Source of the DNA: an uncultured Gemmatimonadaceae bacterium
GTDB lineage: Bacteria; Gemmatimonadota; Gemmatimonadetes; Gemmatimonadales; Gemmatimonadaceae
DNA: 64,000 nt
Assembly: GCA_963817955.1 (NCBI GenBank)
Contig: CAWFQK010000007.1
Coordinates: forward strand, 64,001-128,000
Direction: 5' to 3'
The notes below the pieces were generated by a model. The model was given only the letters and a program-made list of their open reading frames with translations. It was not told the origin of the DNA and did not search any database. A program made the position numbers and the translations under genes. Below are positions 19,394 through 28,205 of this stretch, one piece after another (positions within the stretch are counted from its first letter, which is position 1; each line of letters opens with the position of its first letter).

Positions 19394-19735
19394 TCAGATC
19401 TTCACGTCCAGGCGACCGCCGCGAGCGGCGGGGAGTTGCGCGGACGTCGATTCCTGCAGCGCGCGTCCGTACGTCAGCGGTCCCATGGCGCCGGCTTTGG
19501 CGAAGAACGCGCGTTCGTCGCCCGACAACACGCTCCAGAGTGCGGGATCGGTGCCCGGCGGCGGCTCGACGGGAACGCTCTGAGTTGCAGCGCCAGGCTT
19601 CTGCGGACCCCGCTGCGCCGGCATCTGCACGGGCCGACTCGCGGGCTGCTGCACCTGCGGCCGTGACCCATCGCGGATGGGTAGTTGCGACGGCGTCCGC
19701 GGTATGTTGGTGTTGCTGATTCCGTAAATGCTCAT
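19394..19735 (-). CDS. Hypothetical protein between flgC and fliE
   Basis: 113-aa ORF tightly filling the operon gap; disordered N-terminus; C-terminal RGGRLDVKI. Confidence 0.7.
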   Translation of the reverse strand: MSIYGISNTNIPRTPSQLPIRDGSRPQVQQPASRPVQMPAQRGPQKPGAATQSVPVEPPPGTDPALWSVLSGDERAFFAKAGAMGPLTYGRALQESTSAQLPAARGGRLDVKI

Positions 19736-19748
19736 CGAGGGCCAAGAA

Positions 19749-19809
19749 ACGAGTTACGAGTTACGAGACACGAGACACGAGACACGAGACACGGGACACG
19801 GGACACGAG
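19749..19809. repeat. Heptamer tandem repeat (ACGAGAC/ACGGGAC/ACGAGTT) x~9
   Basis: Directly visible between the flgC stop and the next start codon. Confidence 0.9.
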
Positions 19810-19811
19810 CA

Positions 19812-20399
19812 TCAGATGTCGATCGACTTGTGCAGCATCGCGCGCGCAGCCTGGAAAACGGTGGCATTGGCCTCGTAGAGACGGCGCGAGTTCATGAGAT
19901 CCATGAGTTCGTTGGTCATGCTCACGTTCGGCATGCGGACATAGCCGGTCTTATCTGCATCCGGACTGGCGGGATCGTAGACCATCGCACCCGGAGTGGT
20001 GTCTTCCGTGATTGAGGCAACACGAACGCCGCCGGTGACGTCGGAGGTCTCGACTGGCGTCGAGCCGGCAGCCGGTGGCTGTGTCATCGCCATGGCGGCG
20101 ATGGCGGACGCTGCCTGCGTCGAGCCGCTCGCGGCGGCGGTAGGGGCGTCCGACGACGATGTCGTCGTGCCCTGCGGCTCAATGGCCTCGAGGTTCACGA
20201 CATGCCGCCGATAGGGGCCGCCTTGCGCCGTCCGAGTGGTCTCGGCGTTGGCGAGGTTCTGCGCGACGACATCCATCCGGATGCGCTGCGCCGACAGTCC
20301 GCTCGACGCAATGGCCAGAGCGCTGAACATGGGGCGCGGTGCTTCGGGGCGGCGGGGGGCCGGGGTCGGCGCGGCGTTGGTGATCGGCGGGAGAGTCAT
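19812..20399 (-). CDS. flgC: Flagellar basal-body rod protein FlgC
   Basis: SGLSAQRIRMDVVAQNLANAETT, GYVRMPNV, YEAN; Ala/Ser/Thr-rich internal insertion. Confidence 0.95.
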   Translation of the reverse strand: MTLPPITNAAPTPAPRRPEAPRPMFSALAIASSGLSAQRIRMDVVAQNLANAETTRTAQGGPYRRHVVNLEAIEPQGTTTSSSDAPTAAASGSTQAASAIAAMAMTQPPAAGSTPVETSDVTGGVRVASITEDTTPGAMVYDPASPDADKTGYVRMPNVSMTNELMDLMNSRRLYEANATVFQAARAMLHKSIDI

Positions 20400-20416
20400 T
20401 GGTCAGGTAGGGTCGC

Positions 20417-20707
20417 CTACTTGATGGCCGTGCGAAGCTGCGCGTATGCCTTCTCAAGCAGTTTCTCGGTGGCCTCGAACCGGATCTGTTCATCCGCGAG
20501 CGATGTCATCTCTGCTTCGAGATCCACCTGATCGCCCTCCGCCGGCTGACCGGTAGTAGGGTCGATCGGGAGCGCGAACCCATTGCTGCCCTTCAGAGAC
20601 GCCTGCGCCACGCGGCTCGCGATGGCGCGCGTCCGCTGCGTGCTCAGATCGAGCGCGTCCTTCAGATCGTTGGCGTTTGTCGCGCGTCCGATGATTCCAA
20701 ACAGCAC
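20417..20707 (-). CDS. flgB: Flagellar basal-body rod protein FlgB (short)
   Basis: ALD...RTRAIASRVA and VDLEAEMTSLA...AIK; precedes flgC; GTG start. Confidence 0.8.
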   Translation of the reverse strand: MLFGIIGRATNANDLKDALDLSTQRTRAIASRVAQASLKGSNGFALPIDPTTGQPAEGDQVDLEAEMTSLADEQIRFEATEKLLEKAYAQLRTAIK

Positions 20708-20776
20708 AGATCGGAAAGGAAGGAGTGGGTCGGCTGCAGCGGTGAGTCCTGCTTCGTGATTCCGATCACCGTAATG

Positions 20777-20791
20777 GCACAGCCCGGACCA
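20777..20791 (-). promoter_or_regulatory. Candidate sigma54 -24/-12 promoter for the flgB-flgE operon
   Basis: Minus strand reads TGGTCCGGGCTGTGC (GG-N10-GC), about 70 bp upstream of flgB. Confidence 0.55.
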
Positions 20792-20854
20792 GCCTTTGAA
20801 CCTCGGAAAACGTCGCTCTCCTCATGGCATGTGATTTCAGAAGTCGTATCGGAG

Positions 20855-20947
20855 CAACAACTTATGATTCACGCCTTCATGCACGTCGTCAACTGGGCAT
20901 ATTTGCCCTGGGCAGGGAAAAAACTTCCAGCCCGGCAAGATCTTCCG
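20855..20947. promoter_or_regulatory. IHF-like box plus enhancer-like palindromes
   Basis: CAA-N4-TTA at 20855-20864; GGGCA-N4-TGCCC at 20895-20908; GGGAA-N5-TTCCA at 20915-20929; CGGCA-N5-TTCCG at 20933-20947. Confidence 0.5.
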
Positions 20948-21107
20948 AGCAAAATCACCGGAAGGTCACACTTGCCTGTCCTGCGGCTCACGATGGAACG
21001 CGGCCCGGGCCCCAGCGATCAGGCGCCCACGTGGGAACATCTATTACTAGATGCCGAACCAAACGCCGGACCAAATGCCGGCGATTTGCCGATTGACATA
21101 CAGTGAC

Positions 21108-21134
21108 TCAAGTCCCAAGCGCGGTTGTCGATAC
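21108..21134 (+). promoter_or_regulatory. sigma28 promoter upstream of the TonB-C gene and mcp
   Basis: TCAA-N15-GTCGATAC, versus consensus TAAA-N15-GCCGATAA. Confidence 0.7.
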
Positions 21135-21170
21135 TCCAAAGCGATCCCCAGTCACCGCGAGGACAACTAG

Positions 21171-21584
21171 ATGTCACGAAGAGCACCATTCATCGCCGTG
21201 CGTGCCGCTGGCGCCGCCTTGATCCTGTTGGTCGCAAGCCAGCGCATCGCGCAGGCGCAAGCCGCCGACAGCGTATACACGGCCGCTGAGCTGACGACCC
21301 CCCCCAAGCTCGCGTCGGCAACCGCGACCGCCCATCAGATCCAGCGCTCGTATCCGGAGAACCTCAAACGAGCCGGAATCACGGGTCAGGTACAGGTCGA
21401 GTTCATCGTAGACTCGAAAGGCAAGGTCGAGGCTTCGAGCGTCGAGGTCGTTCTGGCGTCGGTGCCCGCCCTCGGTGAAGCCGCGAAGGGAGCGGTTCAG
21501 GAAATTGAATTCATTCCCGGGAAGTTGAACGGTAATCCTGTTCGGACCCGCGTTCTTCTGCCCATTTCGTACAAGCAGGACTAA
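21171..21584 (+). CDS. Exported TonB C-terminal domain protein
   Basis: Signal peptide (AQA), YPENLKRAGITGQVQVEFIVD..G.V, F.PG..NG.PV. No Pro-rich spacer. Confidence 0.85.
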   Translation: MSRRAPFIAVRAAGAALILLVASQRIAQAQAADSVYTAAELTTPPKLASATATAHQIQRSYPENLKRAGITGQVQVEFIVDSKGKVEASSVEVVLASVPALGEAAKGAVQEIEFIPGKLNGNPVRTRVLLPISYKQD

Positions 21585-21622
21585 CGCTGTTCCTACCCGG
21601 CCCCGAGCGGGCGCGAGCTCCG

Positions 21623-23980
21623 ATGTCATTCTCCTTCGTTTCGACACGCAGCCTTCAAGGGCGGCTCACTCTCACGTTCATTGCGGCGGCGACTCTGCCG
21701 ATCGCAATTGCGACGACGATGGCCGTGCGTAATTCCCGGTCCAGCTTGCAGCAGCAAGTCGGGAGCGCGCAGGCCGAGATCGCCCGGCAAACTGCACACT
21801 GGCTCGACCGCGTCATCTACGAGCGCGGACTGGAACTCCAGACAGTTGCATCCAATGGCGAGATCGCCGCCGCGGCGCTCGGACTGGGGGACACGTCTGC
21901 GACCCGGACCGCCCTTATCAACGCGACCAAGCGGTCGAATCTGATCCGGTCGATTCGTGTATACGACGCGAAAGGCGCGCTGGTCGGCTCCAGTGCGGGC
22001 GGCGCCGAGCCCGCGGTGGGCACGTCATGGTTCAAGGACGCACTCGCCGACCCAAAAGCGATCGTCATTGGGTCGGTCACACGGGAGTCCGGTGGCACTC
22101 CCGTCCTGCGGGTGTCAGTCGCCGTTCGCTCGGCCACGGGCATGACCCTCGGCGTTGTCGCCGGCGATCTTGATTGGACCAGCCTGTGCCAACGCGCGTT
22201 GTCGAGCTTGGAGAAGTCCGGCGCAGAGAATGGCGCAGAGAATGGCGCTGGGCTAGCGCGAGGCTTTGTCGTCGATACCGCCGGTACCATCATCGGTTCG
22301 ACCACGACTGACGACGTGCTTGCCAAAAAGGTGGCGACGCCGGAGGTTCTCGCCGCAATCGCCAAACGTGCGACCGCGTCCATCGTGACGCAATTCCTCA
22401 ATCAGTCCGCGTTGGTGTCGTTCAGCGCGCTCGAATCGCAAGAAAAAATCGCCGGGTACTCTGGCTTGCTGGGTGGCCGTGCGGCAATCGTCATCGCGCA
22501 ACCGGCCAGTGCCGCGTTCGCGGCGGCGTCGTCGCTTCGCACGCAGCTCTTGCTGGTCGCGATCCTGATCCTGGCAGTGGTGGGTGCCGGCGCCAGCGTG
22601 ATCTCGCGCATGATTGCGGCCCCGATCATCGCCTCGGCCAACATTGCCGAGCAGCTCTCGCTCGGTAATACGGAGCAGGATGTCGGCGACGTGCATGGAA
22701 CCGAAGAAACCATTCGACTATCCAATGCGCTGCGCGAGCTACTGGCGTACATGCGCGGCCTCACCCGCGCCGCCGAACAGGTGGCCAAGGGCGACATGCG
22801 CGTGGACATCACTCCAAAGAGCGAACAGGATCAACTGTCTCGCGCATTCGTAACGGTTGCCGCCGTGAATACGGACCTCATCGCGGAGCTGGGGCGCGTC
22901 ACCGAGCGGGCGGCAGCCGGCGAACTCTCATCGCGCGCTCACGCCGAAGCGTTCCACGGCAGCTATCACACCTTGGTCGAGGGAATCAATCACACGCTGG
23001 ACGCCGTCATGCAGCCGATCGTCGAGGCGTCGCAGGTGCTCGAACGAGTGGCCGCGAGAGACCTGTCCCAGCGCGTGCAAGGCACGTACAAGGGAGACCA
23101 TGCGCGGATCACCAACGCGCTCAATGGAGCCACGGAGAACCTGGACCGTGCACTGCACGAAGTGACCGCCGCGTCACATCGGGTGGCGGCGTCGTCGGCC
23201 CAGATTGGATCCGGCAGTGAGGCACTCGCGAGCCAAGCGAACTCGCAGGCATCGTCACTCGAGGAGATCTCGGCAAGCTTGCAGGAGCTTGCCACCATGA
23301 CCAAGCAGAACGCCGAGCACGCTCAGGAAGTTCGGCGTTTGGCGTCGGAAGCGCGCACCAGTGCCGACGCCGGCGGCCAGAGTATGACCCGGCTGTCGGA
23401 AGCGATGCAACGCATCAAGACATCTTCCGATGCGACGGCGAAGATCGTCAAGACAATTGACGAAATCGCGTTCCAAACCAACTTGCTCGCCCTCAATGCC
23501 GCGGTCGAAGCTGCGCGGGCAGGCGACGCTGGCCGCGGCTTCGCGGTGGTAGCTGACGAGGTACGAAACCTCGCCATGCGTTCGGCCGAGGCGGCGAAGA
23601 ACACCGCGCACTTGATCGAGGAAGCAGTGCGCGATGCCATGCGTGGCGTGCAGTTGAACGAGGAGGCCCAGCGCCAACTTGCCGACATCACCGACCGCGT
23701 GGGAACCGTAGGCGAAGTGATTGCAGATATCGCCGCAGCGTCCCATCAGCAGAGCGAAGGCGTCACGCAAATCACGCGGGCGGTCGAAGACATGAACTTG
23801 ACGACGCAGCATGTCGCGTCGAGCTCGCACGAGTCCGCGAGCGCCGCCAAGGAGCTCGAGTCTGAGGCGCAGGCGCTGTCGGAGATGACCGGACGCTTCG
23901 TCCTGAGCGGCGGCCGGCCGACCGAAACTTCGGCCTCGCCGGCGCCGCGACTGAGTCGTCGTCAGCTCGCCGCCGTGTAG
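21623..23980 (+). CDS. Methyl-accepting chemotaxis protein (Cache-like sensor, two HAMPs)
   Basis: Two TMs; hairpin tip [37 protein letters not shown]. Confidence 0.95.
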   Translation: MSFSFVSTRSLQGRLTLTFIAAATLPIAIATTMAVRNSRSSLQQQVGSAQAEIARQTAHWLDRVIYERGLELQTVASNGEIAAAALGLGDTSATRTALINATKRSNLIRSIRVYDAKGALVGSSAGGAEPAVGTSWFKDALADPKAIVIGSVTRESGGTPVLRVSVAVRSATGMTLGVVAGDLDWTSLCQRALSSLEKSGAENGAENGAGLARGFVVDTAGTIIGSTTTDDVLAKKVATPEVLAAIAKRATASIVTQFLNQSALVSFSALESQEKIAGYSGLLGGRAAIVIAQPASAAFAAASSLRTQLLLVAILILAVVGAGASVISRMIAAPIIASANIAEQLSLGNTEQDVGDVHGTEETIRLSNALRELLAYMRGLTRAAEQVAKGDMRVDITPKSEQDQLSRAFVTVAAVNTDLIAELGRVTERAAAGELSSRAHAEAFHGSYHTLVEGINHTLDAVMQPIVEASQVLERVAARDLSQRVQGTYKGDHARITNALNGATENLDRALHEVTAASHRVAASSAQIGSGSEALASQANSQASSLEEISASLQELATMTKQNAEHAQEVRRLASEARTSADAGGQSMTRLSEAMQRIKTSSDATAKIVKTIDEIAFQTNLLALNAAVEAARAGDAGRGFAVVADEVRNLAMRSAEAAKNTAHLIEEAVRDAMRGVQLNEEAQRQLADITDRVGTVGEVIADIAAASHQQSEGVTQITRAVEDMNLTTQHVASSSHESASAAKELESEAQALSEMTGRFVLSGGRPTETSASPAPRLSRRQLAAV

Positions 23981-23999
23981 GCGGCGCAGCCGTCGGCGT

Positions 24000-25082
24000 T
24001 CACCGGAAGATGGCCTTCGGGATCATCACGTGAACGCCGACCGGGCCGTCGACGAGCTGCGTGACATCGACGTCACCGGCCACGCTCACGAGTTGATAGG
24101 CGTCTTCGCGCGACATGCCTTTGACCTGTACGAGCAGCTCGATCGCCTGGCGCACGGCGAGCTTGGTTGCCTGCATCAGATCCTTGTCGATGCCCATGGC
24201 TATGTAATGCGTCGGCGTTTCAGCGCGTGGCCATTGTAGGTGCATGTCCTTATGCACGATGAGCTGGAGGTCCCCCACGAGCGATGTCTCCATCGCCGTG
24301 ATGTCCACCTCGCCATTGCCTTGGCCCGCGTGCCCATCGCCCACTTCCAGCAACGCGCCCTTCGTCCATACCGGGATGTACAGTGTCGATCCCGCGACGA
24401 GCTCCTTGTTGTCGATATTGCCCGCGTGAATTCCGGGTGGTGCGCTGTTGATGCGGCCCATGGAGGCCGGCGGCGCCACGCCGACGCTCCCGAAGAAGGG
24501 GTGCAGCGGGATCGTGATGCCGTTGGCGAAGTGCCCGAGCATGCGGACGGTGTCGAGCTCGATGATTCTCGAGCGGGATACGCCAGGGAAGTCTTCGGGC
24601 AGAAATCCGCTGCGCGGACCGAATGAATTGCACGCGTAATCGATCACCGGCTTGATCGAGCGAAAGCGGATTTCGAGCACGTCACCCGAGTCGGCGCCTT
24701 CCACGTAGATCGGGCCCGTGAGGATGTGTCCTCCCGGACCCGCGTTCAGCGAGGGTCTGGCGGCGTAGATCTCTTTCGCACGCGGCTCTACACGCGCCGA
24801 GTCGAGACCGGCACGCACGAGCGCCACGGGACTGCACGTGGATAGCGCCTGTACCGTGACGACCGTGCCGTTCTGCACGCGTAATACGGGTTTGCCTGCC
24901 GCGTCATACCACCCCCAGGCCACCGTGGATGGCGACGGCCGCACTACGCTGTGTGGTGCCGACTCGGCTGGCGGCCATTGGTTGTTGGCCAGGGCCGTGG
25001 TTCCAATGGAAGACGGGGTGCGGCATCCCAGCGCCAACACGCCACCGCAGACTGTGATCGCCGCGCGCCGCATCGTCTTCAT
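24000..25082 (-). CDS. Acetamidase/formamidase family protein, probable lipoprotein
   Basis: [35 protein letters not shown]; lipobox-like LALGC. Confidence 0.88.
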   Translation of the reverse strand: MKTMRRAAITVCGGVLALGCRTPSSIGTTALANNQWPPAESAPHSVVRPSPSTVAWGWYDAAGKPVLRVQNGTVVTVQALSTCSPVALVRAGLDSARVEPRAKEIYAARPSLNAGPGGHILTGPIYVEGADSGDVLEIRFRSIKPVIDYACNSFGPRSGFLPEDFPGVSRSRIIELDTVRMLGHFANGITIPLHPFFGSVGVAPPASMGRINSAPPGIHAGNIDNKELVAGSTLYIPVWTKGALLEVGDGHAGQGNGEVDITAMETSLVGDLQLIVHKDMHLQWPRAETPTHYIAMGIDKDLMQATKLAVRQAIELLVQVKGMSREDAYQLVSVAGDVDVTQLVDGPVGVHVMIPKAIFR

Positions 25083-26524
25083 TCGCTATCTCCCACGTTG
25101 GCGTCCGCCTTTGTGCCGTTGAGTTTATTTCGCAGCGTTCTGACGCTCATCCCCAGCAGGTCGGCGGCCCGCGTACGGTTGCCGCTCGATACTTCCAACG
25201 CACGCTCGATCAGCTTGCCCTCGGCTTCACTCACGTTGAGGGACGTGAGCACGACTGCGCCGTCCGGAATCGTCAACGTAGTCGTGCCTGCATCGGGGAG
25301 AAGCTGGAACTCGCTGGTGATGCGTGCCGGCGTTGGGCCACTCCACGCTCCGCTGAGGCCAAACCGCTGGCCGTCGAATGCGTGCAGAGGAAGCAGCGGT
25401 TCATTGGTGAGAATCACGGCGCGCTCCACCGCGTGCTGCAACTCGCGGACATTCCCTGGCCAGTCATACGCCTGCAACAATTCGATTGCCGGCGGCGAGA
25501 TTCCGGAAATCTCCTTGCCGATCTCCTGCGCATAGTGCGCGGCAAAGCGGTACGCGAGCAGGGGAATATCTTCCTTCCGCTCACGCAATGGGGGCAACCG
25601 GACCGGGATGACGCTCAGTCTATAGTAAAGGTCCTGGCGGAAGTGGCCCGACGCCGCGAAGGCCGCGAGATCACGGTTCGTGGTGGCGATGATGCGAACG
25701 TCCACTTTGATCGCCATGGATCCGCCGACGCGCTCGAACTCCTGTTCCTGCAGCACGCGCAAGAGCTTGGCTTGCAGGTCGAGACGCATTTCGGAGATTT
25801 CGTCGAGCAGGAGCGTGCCGCTGTGAGCGCGTTCGAAGGCGCCCTCCACGCGCTTGATGGCGCCGGTGAAGGCGCCCTTTTCATGTCCGAACAGCGCGCT
25901 TTCGACCAGGCCTTCGGGAAGCGCCGCGCAATTCAGCTTGATGAACGGGCCGTCGCGGCGCTCGCTCTGTGCGTGGATGGAACGGGCGAACAGCTCCTTG
26001 CCGGTACCAGATTCCCCTTCCAGCAGAACAGTGGCGCGCGTCGGCGCCGCGGTTGCCACCGTTTGCATCACTCGCCGCACGGCCGCGCTGTTGCCAATGA
26101 TCTGGCGCTCGTTACGGAACTCCGTGACCTCGCGGCGCAACCGTTCGTTTTCGCGGCGCAGCCGGACAACCTCGAGGGCTTGGTTGACCGCCAGCTCTAG
26201 CTGCTCGGGGCGCACCGGCTTCGTGATGTAGTCGATCGCGCCGGCTTTGATCGCCGCCACCGCATGTTCGATGCTGCCATAACCGGTCAGCATGATGAGC
26301 GGCGTTTCGTGCCCCTCCTGACGGAGGAGCGCCAGGAACTCGAGGCCCGTCAGCCCCGGCATACGATAGTCCGAAATGATCAGGTCTACGGCTCCGCCGG
26401 CAAGCGCCTGGAGCGCTTGGGGAACGTTATGGGCGGAAATAGCCCGGTGACCAGCCCGCTCGAGCGAATCCTGAAGGATCAGCCCGATCGCCGGCTCGTC
26501 GTCGAGACAGAGAATCGTTGCCAT
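25079..26524 (-). CDS. sigma54-dependent response regulator (NtrC/FleR/FlrC-like enhancer-binding protein)
   Basis: Receiver domain (DYRMPG), [22 protein letters not shown] and a Fis-type HTH. Confidence 0.95.
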   Translation of the reverse strand: MATILCLDDEPAIGLILQDSLERAGHRAISAHNVPQALQALAGGAVDLIISDYRMPGLTGLEFLALLRQEGHETPLIMLTGYGSIEHAVAAIKAGAIDYITKPVRPEQLELAVNQALEVVRLRRENERLRREVTEFRNERQIIGNSAAVRRVMQTVATAAPTRATVLLEGESGTGKELFARSIHAQSERRDGPFIKLNCAALPEGLVESALFGHEKGAFTGAIKRVEGAFERAHSGTLLLDEISEMRLDLQAKLLRVLQEQEFERVGGSMAIKVDVRIIATTNRDLAAFAASGHFRQDLYYRLSVIPVRLPPLRERKEDIPLLAYRFAAHYAQEIGKEISGISPPAIELLQAYDWPGNVRELQHAVERAVILTNEPLLPLHAFDGQRFGLSGAWSGPTPARITSEFQLLPDAGTTTLTIPDGAVVLTSLNVSEAEGKLIERALEVSSGNRTRAADLLGMSVRTLRNKLNGTKADANVGDSE

Positions 26525-26545
26525 AGGATGATTTTGGGCGGCCGC

Positions 26546-26573
26546 TAAAGTCCCGCCGGGGTGCGGTCGATAC
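26546..26573 (+). promoter_or_regulatory. sigma28 promoter upstream of flgL
   Basis: TAAA-N16-GTCGATAC. Confidence 0.65.
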
Positions 26574-26696
26574 TCGGAAAAGACGCGTGGGTCCGTCAGG
26601 GCGCAACCCTGGCAAGGGCCGGTGCTTCGACGCTACGCGGCTGAGCGGCTCCAAGCCGGCCGGCCGATGCAGTGAACCATGACATGCCGAGGGTGC

Positions 26697-27602
26697 ATGC
26701 GCATAACGAATAATACGATTGCCACCCAGAGCCTGAGCGCCTTGCAGGCCAATATGGCCGCGTTGTTGAAGGATCAGGCGCAAGTGTCGAGTCAGCACCG
26801 CCTCACGGCAGCCTCGGACGATCCCAGCGCAGCCTCTCAAATCATGTTGGCCGGCAGCTCGCTCCGGGCAATCGACCAGTACAAGTCCACCGTCCAGACG
26901 GCGACCGCCCGGGTGACCGCGGAAGATACTGCCTTGCAGCAGATCGGCGATCTCGTGTCGCGCGCCAAGACGCTTGGCTTGGCGCAGACTGGCGCCACGG
27001 CCAGTGCGCAGACGCGATCGGTTGCCAACGCGGAAATCCAACAGATCTTCCAGCAGATCGTTGCTATTGGCAACACGAAGGTCGGCGACGAGTATCTGTT
27101 CGGCGGCCAGCAGAGCACGACGGCGCCCTTTGCGACCACGGGCAGCGGGGCGACGCTCGCGTTCACTTCGACCGATCCGCAGGGACAGCGCGCCATGACT
27201 ATCGGAGCGGGTCAGACGCTTGCCGTGGGGCACGACGGCAAACAACTGCTGCTCGACAGCGGCGTACTCGGCGCGGTGCAGGCGTTGTCGAAGGCGTTCG
27301 ACCCGGCGTCCGGATCGTACGGCGACGGCGGGATCGCCACCGCACTCACGAGCATCGATTCTGCGTACAGCGCGGTGCAATCCCTCGTGGGGGAAGTGGG
27401 TGGCCAGGAGAATCGGCTCGACGTCACCGGCCAGAATCTCGACGCGTACAAGACGACCGTGACGACCCTCAAGTCCGGGATCGAGGACGTTGATCTCGAA
27501 GCCGCGATCACCGACATGGCCAGCCGCCAGACGGCGTATCAGGGGGCAATGCTGGCGACGTCGAAAGTCATGGGCCTCACACTCACCGATTATCTGAAAT
27601 GA
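26697..27602 (+). CDS. flgL: Hook-associated protein 3 FlgL
   Basis: MRITN start, ASDDPS, YLFGGQ, C-terminal LTLTDYLK. Confidence 0.93.
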   Translation: MRITNNTIATQSLSALQANMAALLKDQAQVSSQHRLTAASDDPSAASQIMLAGSSLRAIDQYKSTVQTATARVTAEDTALQQIGDLVSRAKTLGLAQTGATASAQTRSVANAEIQQIFQQIVAIGNTKVGDEYLFGGQQSTTAPFATTGSGATLAFTSTDPQGQRAMTIGAGQTLAVGHDGKQLLLDSGVLGAVQALSKAFDPASGSYGDGGIATALTSIDSAYSAVQSLVGEVGGQENRLDVTGQNLDAYKTTVTTLKSGIEDVDLEAAITDMASRQTAYQGAMLATSKVMGLTLTDYLK

Positions 27603-28075
27603 GCGTTTTGACATTGGTCGGCGCTGAGTCTGAAGAGCTGACGGTGCGTTCCGATCTGCTGGGCGAGCTCAAGCTGCGTTCGACCGACGTGTTCTTGTTT
27701 GCGCAGGGCATTCTCGGGTTTCCCGAGTGCCGGTGCTTCGCGCTGCTGCGTGGGACGCGAGACGGGTTGTACTGGCTGCAGTCCATGGAATACTCCGCGC
27801 TGGCGTTTCTGCTCGTCGATCCCTTCACGGTGGTAGACGACTACGCGGCGGACGTTCCGTCGTCGAAGCTGGCGGATCTCGGAGCGGCGAATGCCACAGA
27901 CATTGCGATTCTCGCGGTGGTGACACTGCCCAACGCCAGCGGCGACTGTCCGACGGTGAATCTGCGGGGACCGCTGGCGATCAACTTCGGCACGCGCCGC
28001 GCGAAGCAGATCGTGACCCACGAGGGTGACTACAGCGTGCGTTGTCCTGTGGATCTTGCGCGGCTTGTTGCGTAA
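27599..28075 (+). CDS. fliW: Flagellar assembly factor FliW
   Basis: GILGFP, WLQS, AFLLVDPF, TVNLRGPLAIN. Confidence 0.92.
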   Translation: MSVLTLVGAESEELTVRSDLLGELKLRSTDVFLFAQGILGFPECRCFALLRGTRDGLYWLQSMEYSALAFLLVDPFTVVDDYAADVPSSKLADLGAANATDIAILAVVTLPNASGDCPTVNLRGPLAINFGTRRAKQIVTHEGDYSVRCPVDLARLVA

Positions 28076-28099
28076 CAGAAAGAAGCAACCGCGCATCGC

Positions 28100-28126
28100 T
28101 AAAGTCGGCGATGCCGCCGACGATAC
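28100..28126 (+). promoter_or_regulatory. sigma28 promoter of flagellin 1
   Basis: TAAA-N15-GACGATAC. Confidence 0.75.
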
Positions 28127-28161
28127 TGAACTGCAGCGGCGACTGGACAGCCATCGCTAAC

Positions 28162-28199
28162 GGAGCACGGACGCTCCAGGTAACAGTTCATGGAGGAAC
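28162..28199 (+). promoter_or_regulatory. Two CsrA-type ANGGA-loop hairpins in the flagellin 1 leader
   Basis: GGAGC-ACGGAC-GCTCC, and GTTC-ATGGAG-GAAC overlapping the SD. Confidence 0.7.
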
Positions 28200-28205
28200 A
28201 CCACG

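Noticed and set aside
20756..21106. 116-aa ORF between flgB and the TonB-C gene
   Set aside because: Atypical composition; the region is better explained as divergent promoter/enhancer DNA.
22219..22248. Short in-frame duplications (GAENGAEN in the MCP; similar ones in the motE-like and cheA linkers)
   Set aside because: Ordinary linker slippage with no evident function.
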